A DNA stretch of 63,934 nt, filler included, from Craspedostauros australis (taxonomy: Eukaryota), in assembly GCA_030167865.1 (NCBI GenBank). It is 9 parts of 9 records of this genome, joined end to end, with 100 filler letters (N's around TTAATTAATTAA, not from the genome) between each part and the next. Parts side by side here need not be neighbours in the genome. Positions count along the whole stretch, not along the records: positions 1 to 11,434 come from JALAGF010000895.1; positions 11,535 to 17,791 come from JALAGF010000896.1; positions 17,892 to 19,977 come from JALAGF010000897.1; positions 20,078 to 47,438 come from JALAGF010000898.1; 5 more parts are not named here. One strand, 5' to 3'. The stretch's first letter is position 1; each line of letters starts with the position of its first letter. A program made the position numbers and the translations under genes. Positions 10,957-23,683 of the stretch are shown piece after piece. Below the pieces are notes generated by a model. The model saw only the letters and a program-made list of their open reading frames with translations, was not told where the DNA came from and did no database searches.

Positions 10957-11434
10957 TAGTGCCTCAAACAAACGGACCCCAAAAATTGGCGATTATTGGC
11001 GATTATTGGCTACAGTTGGCTACAGATTTTGGATCAGTTTTTCCCAAACTCCGCCTTCGTTTCATAGACACTCAATCCAACATCTCTTCACATCTACGTA
11101 AACTTAAGAGCCAGGGCTATCCAGGCAAGTGTTAACATTATAATGTTGTTACTACCATCTCGTCGATCTTGATGTGTTTGTTGACCCCCTTGGTGTGGTT
11201 TTGCCTTCGGACGAAGGACGGACCGGGTTTTCATTGGCTACAATTGGCTACAAGTAGGATTCTACAGGGGTCCGGTAGGATCTGGCCTCTTTTTTCCGAG
11301 AAGTTCGACCCTCCATCTTTGAAGTCTCCGCGCTGAGCATTCTTTGGCTAAATCTGTACAATAGATATCATTTCAGAATCCTCTCTCCGAGGCGGTCACA
11401 ACTATATGATCTATATTATGTTTGAGTGCGATGG
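10957..11434. mobile_element. Possible DNA-transposon end running into the contig break
   Basis: Begins TAGTG (fits the hAT-like YARNG terminus), carries repeated ATTGGCGATT/ATTGGCTACA motifs, is AT-richer than flanking genes, and ends at a linker. Confidence 0.3.
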
Positions 11435-11534
11435 NNNNNNNNNNNNNNNNNNNNNNNNNNNNNNNNNNNNNNNNNNNNTTAATTAATTAANNNNNNNNNN
11501 NNNNNNNNNNNNNNNNNNNNNNNNNNNNNNNNNN
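11435..11534. other. Artificial contig-joining linker
   Basis: N44-TTAATTAATTAA-N44 (stops in all six frames); the identical linker recurs 8 times. Confidence 0.97.
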
Positions 11535-13589
11535 GGATGTGATGTGATGGGATGTGTGGCAACTGGTCGTTGATCACGACTTGATGTAGGGGACGGAACA
11601 CACCACACCGGCGCGCCAACATTGTTGAATCGAAGAAATATAGCCAAATTAGAACCTTCTGAGGAGGAATATTCAAAGTAGCCATCTCACTTGTTCTTGA
11701 TGTTNGAGCAGATTGTTGGTGTTGAGGCGGATTGTGTTGTAGTTTGGCCGGGTGGGTCGATTGTATTCGTTTTGATTTAGTCGAAGTGGTCGTTGTGTCC
11801 TCAACGCTTCTGTGCACTTGTTATGGGACCCGTGATGTCAGCAAAAAAGCAAATTATAGTTTTTTGTAACTTTTACGATGACTCCCAGATGGTCGAACCA
11901 GCGAAATCAAGCAGAATTGTGGACTGAATTCGCAGAACAGTCGTTTGTGTTGGCAGATGCTGTGCGTGGCCAGAATCTCGCCACGGTACATCGCGGTTTT
12001 CTCGCGTGGGAAGGAAAGGGCTCGATTGCGTCTGCACTCAACGCCACGCACGCAATCCACCCAACGAACCGCGAGAACAGCGCGGAAAAATCCAACACCG
12101 ATAACAACGACGCCGCCACCACTACACTCCATTGGTGTCGACGGTGTTGCCTTGATGTTGCTGTTGACGCTGTGATGTCATCATCCGATTAACCACAAAA
12201 TCGCAATCCCCGAGCGAGGAACAGGAAAGAAATCACAGGCACCGATCACGACGCATCATCCCCCTCAGGCTGCACAGTCTCGACAAGGCACACAATCAAG
12301 TAGTCGACCAAGAAAGTGGAATCAAGGAAACAAGAAACACACAAGCAGTCTACTCCACTCCACTCCACTCCACTTACTCCATCCACCGCACACTCAACAA
12401 CAGTTGACCGGAAACAGCAGCGCGAGGATCTGGGTTGTTCCTGATCGTCCTCGTATCCGCATCAACGGACGCAATCATCTTCACTTGTCTTCACGCCGCT
12501 GCCATCGCAATCACCGCAATACCAGGCAAGCAAGAAAGCAAGAAAGGAAGAAAAGACATTGCTGATCATCTGGCAGAGTAAGTCAACCCCATCCAAGCCG
12601 TGCGTCAATCCATGCGACAGCTTCCAAGCACGAACATTCTTGATGAACGTCCTCGAAGCACGATCTTGATGCACCATCGGCACTCTCTTGGGCCACAGGC
12701 GGTGATGATCATGCAAGAAATGACGATCGGCACTTTGGTGTGTGGCTGTTGGGAGAACTCAAAGTTCTCGTGTGCAGAATTTGAGCCTGCGCGCCATTTT
12801 TAGGCAGCTCTCTGATTGGCCAATCGATTGGCAGATCTCACAGAGGGCCGCCCGATCGGCACATCAGAGATGTTCACGAGGATCCTCACAGGTGTGGCTC
12901 GGCGCGTGTTTCAATCAATGGCGCAACGCGTCCTCCGATGAGTGATTGGCCATTCAGGAGAGGGGGTGTTCTGATCGACAGGAATCGGCTCGCACATCAG
13001 ATGGTGATGCAGAACATCTCAAGATGCGGAGTGCCGCGTGTCCTGTTCTGATTCGGAATTTGGCTTTTTTGGCGTGCTGCGACATCGCCCTTCTCATTGG
13101 TGATGCTCACAACTCCCTCCTTCCTCTCACTTCTTCCTCCTCATCCTCTTCATTTGGCATGTCTTCGTTCTGCCAACTTTGTTCTTTTCGTTTTCGGGTT
13201 CGCGCGTTCGCTTTTCGACTCCTTCTCATCTCCAAACACCCATCATTGCTCTGTCACACACCCATCACACATCCATTATCGGAACCGCAATTCACACGTT
13301 CGAATCAACATCAATAACATCTGCATCTGCGTCGCACGAATTGCAAACAGAAACGCAGACACGCTCGCACACACTCGCACACACTTGCACATGGCCGTAC
13401 CTGACCCTCAACTTCAACTTCACCAGCTCCCCCCAACAACGCACATCTCATAAAAACCGAAGGTCCAGAGCAACAACAAGAACAGCAAACACCAACGCAT
13501 CTTGTGTCACGAGATCAACATCAGCAACATCAGCAACAAGAGCAACATCGGAAAGAATAGAAAGAATAGAAAGAATACCTTGAGGAAGG

Positions 13590-15815
13590 ATGCTGCTACC
13601 ATCCGCCAAGTCGGCAGCGTTGGCTGTCTCGTGCCTCTACTTCGTGCAATCGGAAGAGCACCTGCAATCGGTCCATGCCGTGCGACCATCCTCGCGGGGT
13701 GGCAAGAGCCCCAACTCGGGCCTGAATGGAAGAAGGTTATCTCGTGGACACCGGCAGCAGCAGCAACAACAGCAGCACAAGACGCGTTCCTCCTTCTTCA
13801 CCGGCACGCGGTCGCTCTTTGGGGATCGACAATCGGACGGGCTTCTATTTGCGTCATCCTCGGCATCCGGCATCGCGGCGGATGATGATGGCTTTGCCAG
13901 TGGCAACAGTCTGCCTTGCGGTGCTGGACTGTCCCAGCCAAGCATTCGCAGCAGCAGCAGCAACAACAACAACAACAACAGTATTCGGGCGTACCAGCAC
14001 AATCACATCGCTCCAATTCGTGGAGGCAAGGTCGGGATGCAGCGCCAGAAGCCCACGCCGAGATCGACGCCATCATCGTCATCATCAACGACACCATCAT
14101 CAACGACGTCCAAACCTAAGAACAAGCCATCAGCACATGGAGTCTCGCAACCATTGGGAATGTCCAGCGCTCGCTTCCAAACGAAGCCTGCAACATCGTG
14201 GCGCAGGATCTCAAAACCATCGGTCTCGCCTCCGACGGCCGCTGCGGCAAGCAAGCCGCGGCCACACGTATCTGCCTCATCCACCGCACTGTCTTCGGGG
14301 TCGCAAACGTCCCTGGCATCTCCCACGCTGTCATCATCGGTGCCTCCGTCAACCACCGTGGCGAGAACGGGTCATGGCATCCCCTACAACCCCAACAAAG
14401 GCACCCTCCTTCGCAACATCCGCGAAAACCTGCGCTCGGCCAAGAACGTCCTCCCCTTTGACTGGGCCGTCGCGTCCGTCTTCTTTTGCACGTCCTGCGC
14501 CATCACGTTGCCAACCACCCTTGTCCCCATGATCGCGCAAGACGCCGTTCAACAGGCTGCCTTGGCTTCTGCGTCCAACGCCGCGGCGGGGGCGGCACCG
14601 CTTTCCCTCACGGCCTTCGTCACGCATGCGGCATCCATCGCCATCATCGGCGGAGGCAGCGGCAAGTGGTTCAACGGGGTCATGACGCAGACCCTGCATC
14701 CAAAGACGATCGCCAACTGGTACCTCCTCATCGTCTCCGGCTTCCTCCTCACCCTGTCGGTGATCCCCACCAATCCGACCATTGCTGGCTTGACGATCGC
14801 CGGGCTGGAATTTGTGGCGTCCGCGCTTTGGGCCGTCTGCTCCATCGTTGTCGCTCAGAAGTACGCCGCGCCAGGCCAGAAGAAGACGCCAGAGAACAGC
14901 CGGAAGTTCTCCAGGGCCATCACCCTCCTTGCCCTCTCTGCGACGAGCGGGCAGGTCTTTTCGAAGATGGTCCTCGGCACCTTCCTTCTCCCCTTCTTCC
15001 ACTGGCGTACCGTCGCACGCTGCAGCACCCTGCTGCCTCTCATCGGATGGGCCTTGGCACGCGTGTACTTCCCATCCGCACCCACCAAAACTGCACCACC
15101 CTCCAACATCATGCGACGTCAACCGCGCGGTGACGCAGCCTCCAAGCCGGCCCAGGAGAGCCTCATCGTCACGATTCGCAAGGTTCTTGGAAAGCCGCTC
15201 TTCTGGGTGGTGGGATTGGCACACATCGCCGGGTACCTGTCGAGAACGTCAGACCGTATCATGGGACCGTTCCTGCACGAATTCACTGGACTGTCGCACG
15301 CCATATGCGCGGGACTCACGACGGCGCTCACCTTCGGCTTTGTGCACGGTCTGTCCCAATCGTCGGCATTCCTCAAGCTGCCAACGGTCGAGCAAAAGAC
15401 CAGGCGTCTGCGAAACAGCTACCTCCGCAGCATCACTGCTGTGCTGGGATTGGCGGCATGCGGACTGCAGTCGGTTCGATCGGCAGTCCTTCCGCATCCG
15501 TACATGGTGGCGGCAGCCGTTGTTGCCTGCTCGGCCACATTCACATCCAACCTCGCTTTTGCATTCTTCCAAATCCCGAATCTCATCTCCTCTTCTTCCA
15601 CCTTCGCCGAACAGAAGGGCATGACGCTCTGCTTCCTTGATGGACTTGGATTCATCCTCACCGCGCCATTCTGGGCCATCTCCAGCCACATTATCACATC
15701 CGTCGGCTGGACCGCGATGTGGTCAATCCTGGCTGGAATCATCGGCATCGGGGGACTCTTGATGATCCCCGCCGCCACGCCTATGTTCCGTGAGCAGCAG
15801 CAGCAGCAGAAGTAG
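13590..15815 (+). CDS. Major facilitator superfamily transporter with long Ser/Thr/Pro-rich N-terminal extension, possibly organelle-targeted
   Basis: About 12 hydrophobic segments in two halves in the C-terminal 450 aa. GSGKWFNG resembles the GlpT/UhpC-like GKF..G motif-A region. Hydrophobic N-terminus followed by a basic, Ser-rich stretch. Confidence 0.75.
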   Translation: MLLPSAKSAALAVSCLYFVQSEEHLQSVHAVRPSSRGGKSPNSGLNGRRLSRGHRQQQQQQQHKTRSSFFTGTRSLFGDRQSDGLLFASSSASGIAADDDGFASGNSLPCGAGLSQPSIRSSSSNNNNNNSIRAYQHNHIAPIRGGKVGMQRQKPTPRSTPSSSSSTTPSSTTSKPKNKPSAHGVSQPLGMSSARFQTKPATSWRRISKPSVSPPTAAAASKPRPHVSASSTALSSGSQTSLASPTLSSSVPPSTTVARTGHGIPYNPNKGTLLRNIRENLRSAKNVLPFDWAVASVFFCTSCAITLPTTLVPMIAQDAVQQAALASASNAAAGAAPLSLTAFVTHAASIAIIGGGSGKWFNGVMTQTLHPKTIANWYLLIVSGFLLTLSVIPTNPTIAGLTIAGLEFVASALWAVCSIVVAQKYAAPGQKKTPENSRKFSRAITLLALSATSGQVFSKMVLGTFLLPFFHWRTVARCSTLLPLIGWALARVYFPSAPTKTAPPSNIMRRQPRGDAASKPAQESLIVTIRKVLGKPLFWVVGLAHIAGYLSRTSDRIMGPFLHEFTGLSHAICAGLTTALTFGFVHGLSQSSAFLKLPTVEQKTRRLRNSYLRSITAVLGLAACGLQSVRSAVLPHPYMVAAAVVACSATFTSNLAFAFFQIPNLISSSSTFAEQKGMTLCFLDGLGFILTAPFWAISSHIITSVGWTAMWSILAGIIGIGGLLMIPAATPMFREQQQQQK

Positions 15816-16398
15816 AGAGTAGACGACTACCAGCACTTGAGTTGCACCTTTGATGACAATCATCATGATCGCGCGAGACATTGACACGACAATTGACGAC
15901 GATCACATACTGAGACGTACATGCGGAGCACCGAATACAACACGACTTCCGGCAAACTCCATCGAATGAATAGACACAATAATAATAACGACATGCATCA
16001 AATACAATACTGTTGAACTCCGCAATCATTCTTGTTGACGTTGATTCGATGGATGGGATGTGTATGGGCGACAATCAATGACGAAGCACCTTGAGGTAAA
16101 GCGCATGTTACTTGCGTACAGCGCTCGCCTGACCGAGGCAAGCCCAAGCACATGGCTTGGTGCCAGAGATCGTCATGGCCCACCGGAACACAAGAAAGCA
16201 CAGATGGTACAGTATGGTGCACGCTCATGCCATTCTTATGGACAAGACAGATGGATGATGTTGGCCATCATAATTCAAAGGCTCCCCTCTGCATTCAGTC
16301 TCGCTCATCTCATCGAGAAAAAGAGGCAAGTTCTAGAAGATGGTATGTTCTGATTCCTCCAAAGATTGGCATGCAAAGGGCTTCACAGCTCGACCACA

Positions 16399-16469
16399 GC
16401 ACCAGTGGTTTAGTGGTAAAATCCAACGTTGCCATCGTTGGGCCCCGGGTTCGATTCCCGGCTGGTGCA
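16399..16469 (+). tRNA. trnG-GCC: tRNA-Gly (anticodon GCC)
   Basis: 71-nt cloverleaf: GCACCAG/CTGGTGC acceptor stem, TGGTTTAGTGG A-box, CAACG-TTGCCAT-CGTTG anticodon arm, GGTTCGATTCC B-box, no encoded CCA, T5 terminator just downstream. Confidence 0.97.
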
Positions 16470-16981
16470 CCTCTATCTTTTTGGATGAAACAATCCAGGA
16501 AGCTACGGTTGCTCATGCTTTTGCTTGAGCTGTACGAGCGATCCGTCCTTGTTGAATGGATAGGTCGTCAACAACATTGATTGGGAGGGCTGCCACAACG
16601 TGAAAGGAAGGCATGGGTGGGGACGAAATTCCGAGGGTGATCGCCATCGTTCTTATTTCCTGGTGCAGTTGTTCCAGCATTTCCATTTTGATGACGCGTT
16701 GTGCGACGTCTCGGACCGAGAGTCTGCTCGATGCCATGGTTTGATTTGGATTCGTCTTCATCCGATCCCCGTCATCTCAACCAACAATAAAAACAGCAAC
16801 TTCCTGGGATCACCTGGTTGGAAGTCACATAGAATACAAACCGATTGCTTCTCGCATTGCGGCTCTCTCTCTCTCCATTGGCAGGCCATCCATCCAACAA
16901 GGACGGATCGCTCGTACCGTTCAAGCAAAAATCCAAGAAAAACCGTAGATTTCTGGATTGTTTCGTCTAAAAAGATAGGAA

Positions 16982-17052
16982 TGCACCAGCCGGGAATCGA
17001 ACCCGGGGCCCAACGATGGCAACGTTGGATTTTACCACTAAACCACTGGTGC
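16982..17052 (-). tRNA. trnG-GCC: tRNA-Gly (anticodon GCC), identical inverted copy
   Basis: Exact reverse complement of 16399-16469, also followed by T5. Confidence 0.97.
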
Positions 17053-17791
17053 TGTGGCCACACTTCACGATCGTGCTCATGCTGACGTCAGCCGAATATT
17101 GAGTATATGTTCTTTAAACATTAATCACATTCTTCGTCTATTTCCAAAATTGGGTCTTTTTTCCACTACCACAAGACATCGGCGTTCAAATGAATCAGAT
17201 CAACATGAGTTGATGGAACTGTTACCTGTTGTGTGTCATCTTTTCAGAGTGTGCAGGAGCGCGCAAGAGTTGTCCTTGGAACCCTCCAGGCGCTGGTGTC
17301 GATGAATTCTCTGAAGCAATCCAAGTGCAAAACGAAACAAGCCAGACAACAACCAAGTTCCATGCGACAGTGGAGGTGGTTGTAAGGGTCATAATTTCAT
17401 AATCTGGGCCTCTCGACCAATCATATCGCTCCATTTAGGGCACAAGATACCTTTNNNNNNNNNNNNNNNNNNNNNNNNNNNNNNNNNNNNNNNNNNNNNN
17501 NNNNNNNNNNNNNNNNNTTGTCCGCGAATATGAACGCTCCTCGGAGACCGTTCATAATTTCATAATCTCTCTGACGAGTCGTGGTAGTCCAAAATTCGTT
17601 CTCAACAGCTACATCGGAGCAAAACTTTGTGCTCACACCAGATTGATCCGATGTGCTCTACTGCAAATTGATTATTCGTTCCCACCCATTGTATCGCAAC
17701 TGTCTGTTGCAATTTAACTCCTTCTTTAGATGCACCTAGTGTACCTCTGTATTTATCATCCGATGAACTCCAGCGGATCATATCTTCCCAC

Positions 17792-17891
17792 NNNNNNNNN
17801 NNNNNNNNNNNNNNNNNNNNNNNNNNNNNNNNNNNTTAATTAATTAANNNNNNNNNNNNNNNNNNNNNNNNNNNNNNNNNNNNNNNNNNNN
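17792..17891. other. Artificial contig-joining linker
   Basis: N-TTAATTAATTAA-N, 100 nt. Confidence 0.97.
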
Positions 17892-19744
17892 GGATGAGTC
17901 TTGATACACGATTCAGATTCAGTCACTACAGTCATCGAACCTGACGTAGGCACTGACATCATCAATGACGTCAGAGGATCGGTCATTGTGATCCTCGGAA
18001 TCGAGATTATGTTTTAGTCATGGTACGCTGACCTGTCTAGCCATGCCGAGTGCATCATTGAGCACGTGGCAACAACATTTAGGATCCAGAACAACATCGT
18101 CAGAGGTGATGCATGCACCTTGTCGACGTAGACGGGTCAATCCATATATGATCAAACAGAGATCAAGATTAGGCAAGACCAGGAGAGATGAAGAAAGACC
18201 CAAGGGCGAGAATAACACGGGATATCGTGTAAATCAACATGCCATCTTGGGCAATGTTTTAGAAAAGACTGCGAGATACACCACGAGGTAATCGAGCAGC
18301 ACGTTAGCAACCGTGCAATAGGCACCATCATTGGAAATAGGAGATCATCATCTCATAATTCAAACTCAATCATCAATTGAACACAACCTATTAGAACAAC
18401 AACAAACACCAAACATCTCCAACTCCACCTGACGGATTGATCACCCTGGCGGCGTAGTAAGTGCAGTGTTTGGTGCCCCTTTTCCTGTGTGTAATTGCTG
18501 ATTATCACTCAGATACATTCACTCAACAAAGACAGCAGACATGCCCTGTGAAGGCGGATTCACAGGGATGCAGACATACATGTTCATGTGCACATGAGGA
18601 GGATGACAGGCAGGGCCTAACGTCCATGTATTAGCTTGCTGCCATCCTCAGACACCAAGACAGGTATCTGATGGCCGTCGGGATTTGCGGGAAATGAGGT
18701 CAACAGAGAAAGAGAAAATGGTTCATGACTAAAAGTCTCCTGCGTGACCTGAAGCATTCTATAGAGAACAAGATTAGACGTAGGCTAAGGTGAATATAGA
18801 CTTTTGATCTGATAACAAGTGCATCCTTGGATGGGGGCCTACTCTGGAGCACCACCAAACTTCGCTGTTGTTGGCCACGACCCCTGCTGGATTGTGCAGT
18901 GACCATCCTTCCCACGGCGCCAACGAGAGCTGCGCTGGTCAGTATGGCATTCGTTTGCCCCATAGTCACCGTATGCGAATTCGTGCACCCATACGGGCAC
19001 TCCCCTCAGAGAGGCTTTCAACAACAATCGTACCAGCGCATGACATCAAGTCATTACAAGCATGAAACCCAAAATGAGTTGCAACAGTGTAAGAACGCAG
19101 ATTATGAGTCTTACTGAGTGCAACATGTACGCTCAATTACGCTACTGCTACTTCCTGATTGGTTGACACCTGTGTTCACACCGCAACGCCAATTCAACGG
19201 TTTCACATGTATCTCTGTTTGGCATATCAGCATCATGCGTATGGTGCAACGATCGTGCTCGTGGCGAAAATCGCACCTCATGGCAGAGGCGGAGGAGGAG
19301 GGGGACCGATACGGCACACAAATAAGCAAAACATCAGAATGGCGTTTTCGTGTGTGTGGTCATTTGATGTTCCTACTCAGACATGTATGATTGTGTTTTG
19401 GTACTGTGGACGTCGCCTGTTGGGGCTGTGAGAAGTTGGTCAAAATGTGGGAGTGCATCGATTTCTCGTCCTGGGAATGTGATTGCNGACGTNCTTTGGG
19501 TTGGCACGTTCACTACTTTTGCAGATGCTTGCTGTGCTTTCTCATCATCTGCCTTTGGTGCTGCTTTGCAGGTANTTGTGCTTTGCANATTTCAGTTGGG
19601 CGGAAGGCACCATTTGGAGACGATGATGAGATCATCATCCGTCGTTGGCTCAAGCCCTTCAAGACTTGGGTTTGGCGTGGAGCTGATCCGGTCAGAGAAG
19701 TGGGTCGTTCCCTTGGTGCCGCTGCCGCTGAGCAGACAAGCCGC

Positions 19745-19975
19745 TTAAGATGTGCAGGCTGGGCAGGAGCTGCCGGACGCGACGGTAAAAACGGCAGTGA
19801 GAGGCGTGCAGGCGTTGGGGGCCTCAAAATTGTAGTAGCAGTAGCTGCATCCGGAGTATTTGGCAACAGGCGTGTCGTTGCACACGCCATCGGAGAGGTT
19901 GATGTCGGCACTCCAGTAGAACTGGTATCCCAAGTATCGGCAAGAGTAGGCTGGAACGCAGGTGCCATCGCCAAT
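19745..19975 (-). CDS. C-terminal fragment of a Cys-rich, probably extracellular protein (5' end lost at contig break)
   Basis: Frame open from the contig edge: IGDGTCVPAYSCRYLGYQFYWSADINLSDGVCNDTPVAKYSGCSYCYY...CPACTS-stop. IGDGxC..xC resembles repeats seen in diatom surface proteins. Confidence 0.5.
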   Translation of the reverse strand: MGDGTCVPAYSCRYLGYQFYWSADINLSDGVCNDTPVAKYSGCSYCYYNFEAPNACTPLTAVFTVASGSSCPACTS

Positions 19976-19977
19976 CA

Positions 19978-20077
19978 NNNNNNNNNNNNNNNNNNNNNNN
20001 NNNNNNNNNNNNNNNNNNNNNTTAATTAATTAANNNNNNNNNNNNNNNNNNNNNNNNNNNNNNNNNNNNNNNNNNNN
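19978..20077. other. Artificial contig-joining linker
   Basis: N-TTAATTAATTAA-N, 100 nt. Confidence 0.97.
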
Positions 20078-23000
20078 CATATGATGATGGAATGAGGAAT
20101 CAGAGAACGCATGGAAGAGAGCAGCTGACGTTGACAGGATGTCATTGTGTCACCACATCAACAGCTGTCTCAACATCCGGCAGAGAACAAGGAAGATTCA
20201 ATGACGATTGGTCATCGAGATCTTGAAAGGTCAAGAAGGAGTTCGGAATTAGACAAAAGCGCCTACACGTGCGCATGGTAGTATGCTCATGGAAGATAAG
20301 GTGATGAACAATGAATNNNNNNNNNNNNNNNNNNNNNNNNNNNNNNNNNNNNNNNNNNNNNNNNNNNNNNNNNNNNNNATGATGAGCATCATGAGAGGGA
20401 GCACCTCTGCATCTGACTCATGGTTGGTTTGGATCAACAGACAGGACATCCAGGAGCACTGGAGTCAACACCAAGAGTATCGGTTTCTATGTAATGAAAT
20501 AGCAAACAGAATTAAGATCAACCACCACCACCATCTTCATCGCAAGCAACAACAAGTGTACCAATATCGGGACTTGCCAACAAGCACATGCCGAACACAA
20601 CAATGCTTATGTTTGGAATACATGCCATGATCATTGCAAGTTGGCAGTTGTTGGTCGGCTGTCATACACATGGGCAATGCATAGAATTGGCTATCTTGAT
20701 GTTGCCATCACCTCCAACGAAGCGGATGGAGACTGCATTGTTGGATGTGCGTCTTTGGATGTGTATCGTCGGAAGCGTGGCTGAATGTGTTCAACAGGTA
20801 GTTGTTCCAAGCACTATACAGAGCATGGGTTGGACCTTTTTGTTAGTGCAAGCCTCTGCATAGTTGGACTCAATGACGGTGTCAATACCATCTTCTGTGT
20901 CGATGCCAATCGTGGTGTTGATGTTGGCATGGTTGGTGGCGATGGCGCTGTGTCGCCGTTCGCATCAAAGGGACACTTCTGTCCTTGTTTTGTTGGGATT
21001 TTGTTGAAACAAATTTGTCAATTTTTCGTTTGATTTGGTATTATGGTGGTAGTACTTGCGATGAGCGACAACAATACGGAGCATACGATAGTCCCATAGC
21101 CATGATATTATGAAGGTATCGGTCGGAATCGTCGTTCAGTTACGACAATGGAGTTTGCCACGTCGAGATACTCACACGGAGATACTGCACGTAAAAATTG
21201 CATTTTATTTGCTCAATACGTGATTTCTGAGAAAGTGTCAAAGTTGTTCAAATCCTCGTGCGAAACCAACCACGCAATCCCAACGTCTCTGTCAGCGTTC
21301 ACAACGAGAATCGATCTGGCATGGAACAGATCATCTGTGTCACACGGTTCCAAATGAGAACCCCAAGCGCAACAAAGCTCGGGAGAAATGACCCAAACTC
21401 CTCTCAATTCACCCTTCAATGGGATGGCTTGCTCGTGCCAGTGATAAAGTCTAAGCTATTTGATTGGCTGGAGTCGCCAGCCACGCCAAAAAATAGCCAC
21501 TCGAACCCCTCCACTGTCGCAACGCAGAATGACCCCACTGGTGTTGGTGTTCTGATGCCTCATTCTCTCCCTTGGTACTTGGATGACACCAGAACAATCA
21601 CATCATCGGGGGTCTTGACTTCGCAGGAGCATGTGAATGTGAAGCCATGCACTACAATGCAGCCATGCACACATCACAGCCCCGAAGCAAAGACAAAATA
21701 GCTGGTGGCCAAAATCCGAACCAAGCTGATCAAAGCTGCGAGACGAACACGCTGTTCTGACATCTGCTTGGCAGCTGTTCGCAATCCCATGGATTCAAGC
21801 GTGCATCTTCGCAAATCGGGTTTCGTTCCTTCACACGTTGATTCCGTGCGCAGTGTGCTGACAACACGCCGAACACATTTATCATATGTGAGAAATGTCA
21901 CAAAGCGAAAGCGCCGTTGACAATGTCTCATGTTCTTCGCAAACTTGATGGACCTGAATAGGCACAATTATTCTCCGCCTTGAGCTTCCGGCGAGAGCAC
22001 AAAAGCGCGGCGTCTTGCGCGTGGCGGAACTTTTTGCGCCTCGGCGCGAGGGTCATTAATCCCTCAGCGGCTAGTATGAGCATGGACAGAACAGATCATG
22101 GAATGGAATGCACGTGGGGAATCAGAAAAACCCAACGAGACAAAGAGGCGGTTACAGGATCAGGTACGAGCATCGCGGCGACCAATGCGAGTACAACCGC
22201 ACAAACATCACGCGCGCAAGCGCTTTTCCTCCTCAGCACAGGATCGCCTTTTTGGGCTCCTTCTGTCGCAGGCTGCTGGCTGGTTTCCCACTGTGATGTT
22301 TCGTTGTTGTCGCACGAAGTTCTGTTGACACCACCTCCGAGCCAACCGAATAGGTTCGCGAGTGGAACAAGGGCCAGCGGTGGAGATGCCATCGTCGCGT
22401 GGCGCCAATGCGAGTCCTCCTCCTTTCGGCGAAGCGTGTTGAATGAAGGGGAGTCCATCACAGTGAAAGCCCCAACACAGACACGAGTGGACGGCCACCA
22501 ACCAACAAGGGAAGGAAGGAACAGATCCTCCAATCCACCAGACCGCTCATCCAACTCCTCAATTCCAAGAGCCGCCAAGACAGAGGTCTCGCATCCATCC
22601 TGCGCGGGCTGCCGATCCATCTTGAAAACGCATCGTCCTCCTCTCTATCTCTTGGTTGCTCTTGGAGTATTTGAAGTATCGACGTCCCAGAATACTTGTG
22701 GAGCAAAGCTGAGGACTCTTCCGGTGATCTATTCCCTCTCCGTATTCTGGAGTACGGACTCGTGCGAGCATCATCATTTCTGTCATCGCCGTCGCCGTCG
22801 TCGTCGCCCTCGCCAAACAGAACCCATCACAAGGACAAGCATTCACTCGCGCAGCAGCCGGCAAAAGACAGGCAAAGGAGACAAGGGAGGAAGGAATCTG
22901 CAGCATCACCAATCCTACCAGTCCGCAACGACCGACCACAAGAGAGCAGTCGATACGAGCAGGAGTCAACCAGAGATACACACCTAAGCCTCTGAGAAAG

Positions 23001-23683
23001 CAGATGGAGAAACATTCAGAAATTCTGAGGGATACACACTGTTAGCAATACCACAACGAGAATCCGGGCCAATCACCCATTCACCCATTCGGCCAATCCC
23101 TCCTCTCTCTGCGGTTCAGTGGGTACACATCAGCGAAACCGGGTCGATACTCCCCCGCTTTGGGCCTCAGCCTGTCCCGTCGAACATCGAATGGCCACAG
23201 GGGCGACGCGACTATCCCGGATCATAGATCGTACTCATTGAGGACCATCGCCACTGCAGTCGCAAGCGCCCAACTCTGTCACAATCGCCTTGGGACAACT
23301 CTCTCTTGGTCGTATTTGTACGCGAGTGCGCTAGTGAGGATACCTGCTATACCATACGTCCACGCCTTCGCTTCGTCCACACACAATCGACCTCTCGGCG
23401 ACGGCCATCAACGCAGTCCCGACATTGGCATCAGCTCTCTGGATTCGGCACAACTTGTGCACAAACTTGGATACCGACTTGGGCACAACTCTCCATCGAC
23501 GTGAGCAGTTGCATCATCAGTACGACCTCCTTGTACCAACACCAATACACACACCAATACACACAACCATCACAAGAAGGACAACAGCGTCAGCAACAGT
23601 GACGACGCTTGTGCCGATACACGTGCTCCAGCTGACACCCCACCCGCCACAAGACCAGAACCATCTGGCCAATCGCGGCAACA

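Noticed and set aside
11435..11534. Recurrent TTAATTAATTAA palindrome (8 copies) as a biological repeat
   Set aside because: Always centred in exactly 100 nt of N padding; it is a six-frame-stop assembly linker.
12810..12955. Clustered CCAAT/ATTGG boxes upstream of the MFS gene
   Set aside because: Plausible promoter elements but too short to support without TSS data.
16513..16761. 82-aa ORF between the tRNA genes
   Set aside because: Short, overlaps the inverted-repeat tail, no recognisable motif.
21980..22987. 335-aa ORF upstream of the LRR gene
   Set aside because: Non-ATG start, no coding-like codon bias or domain; reads like promoter/UTR sequence.
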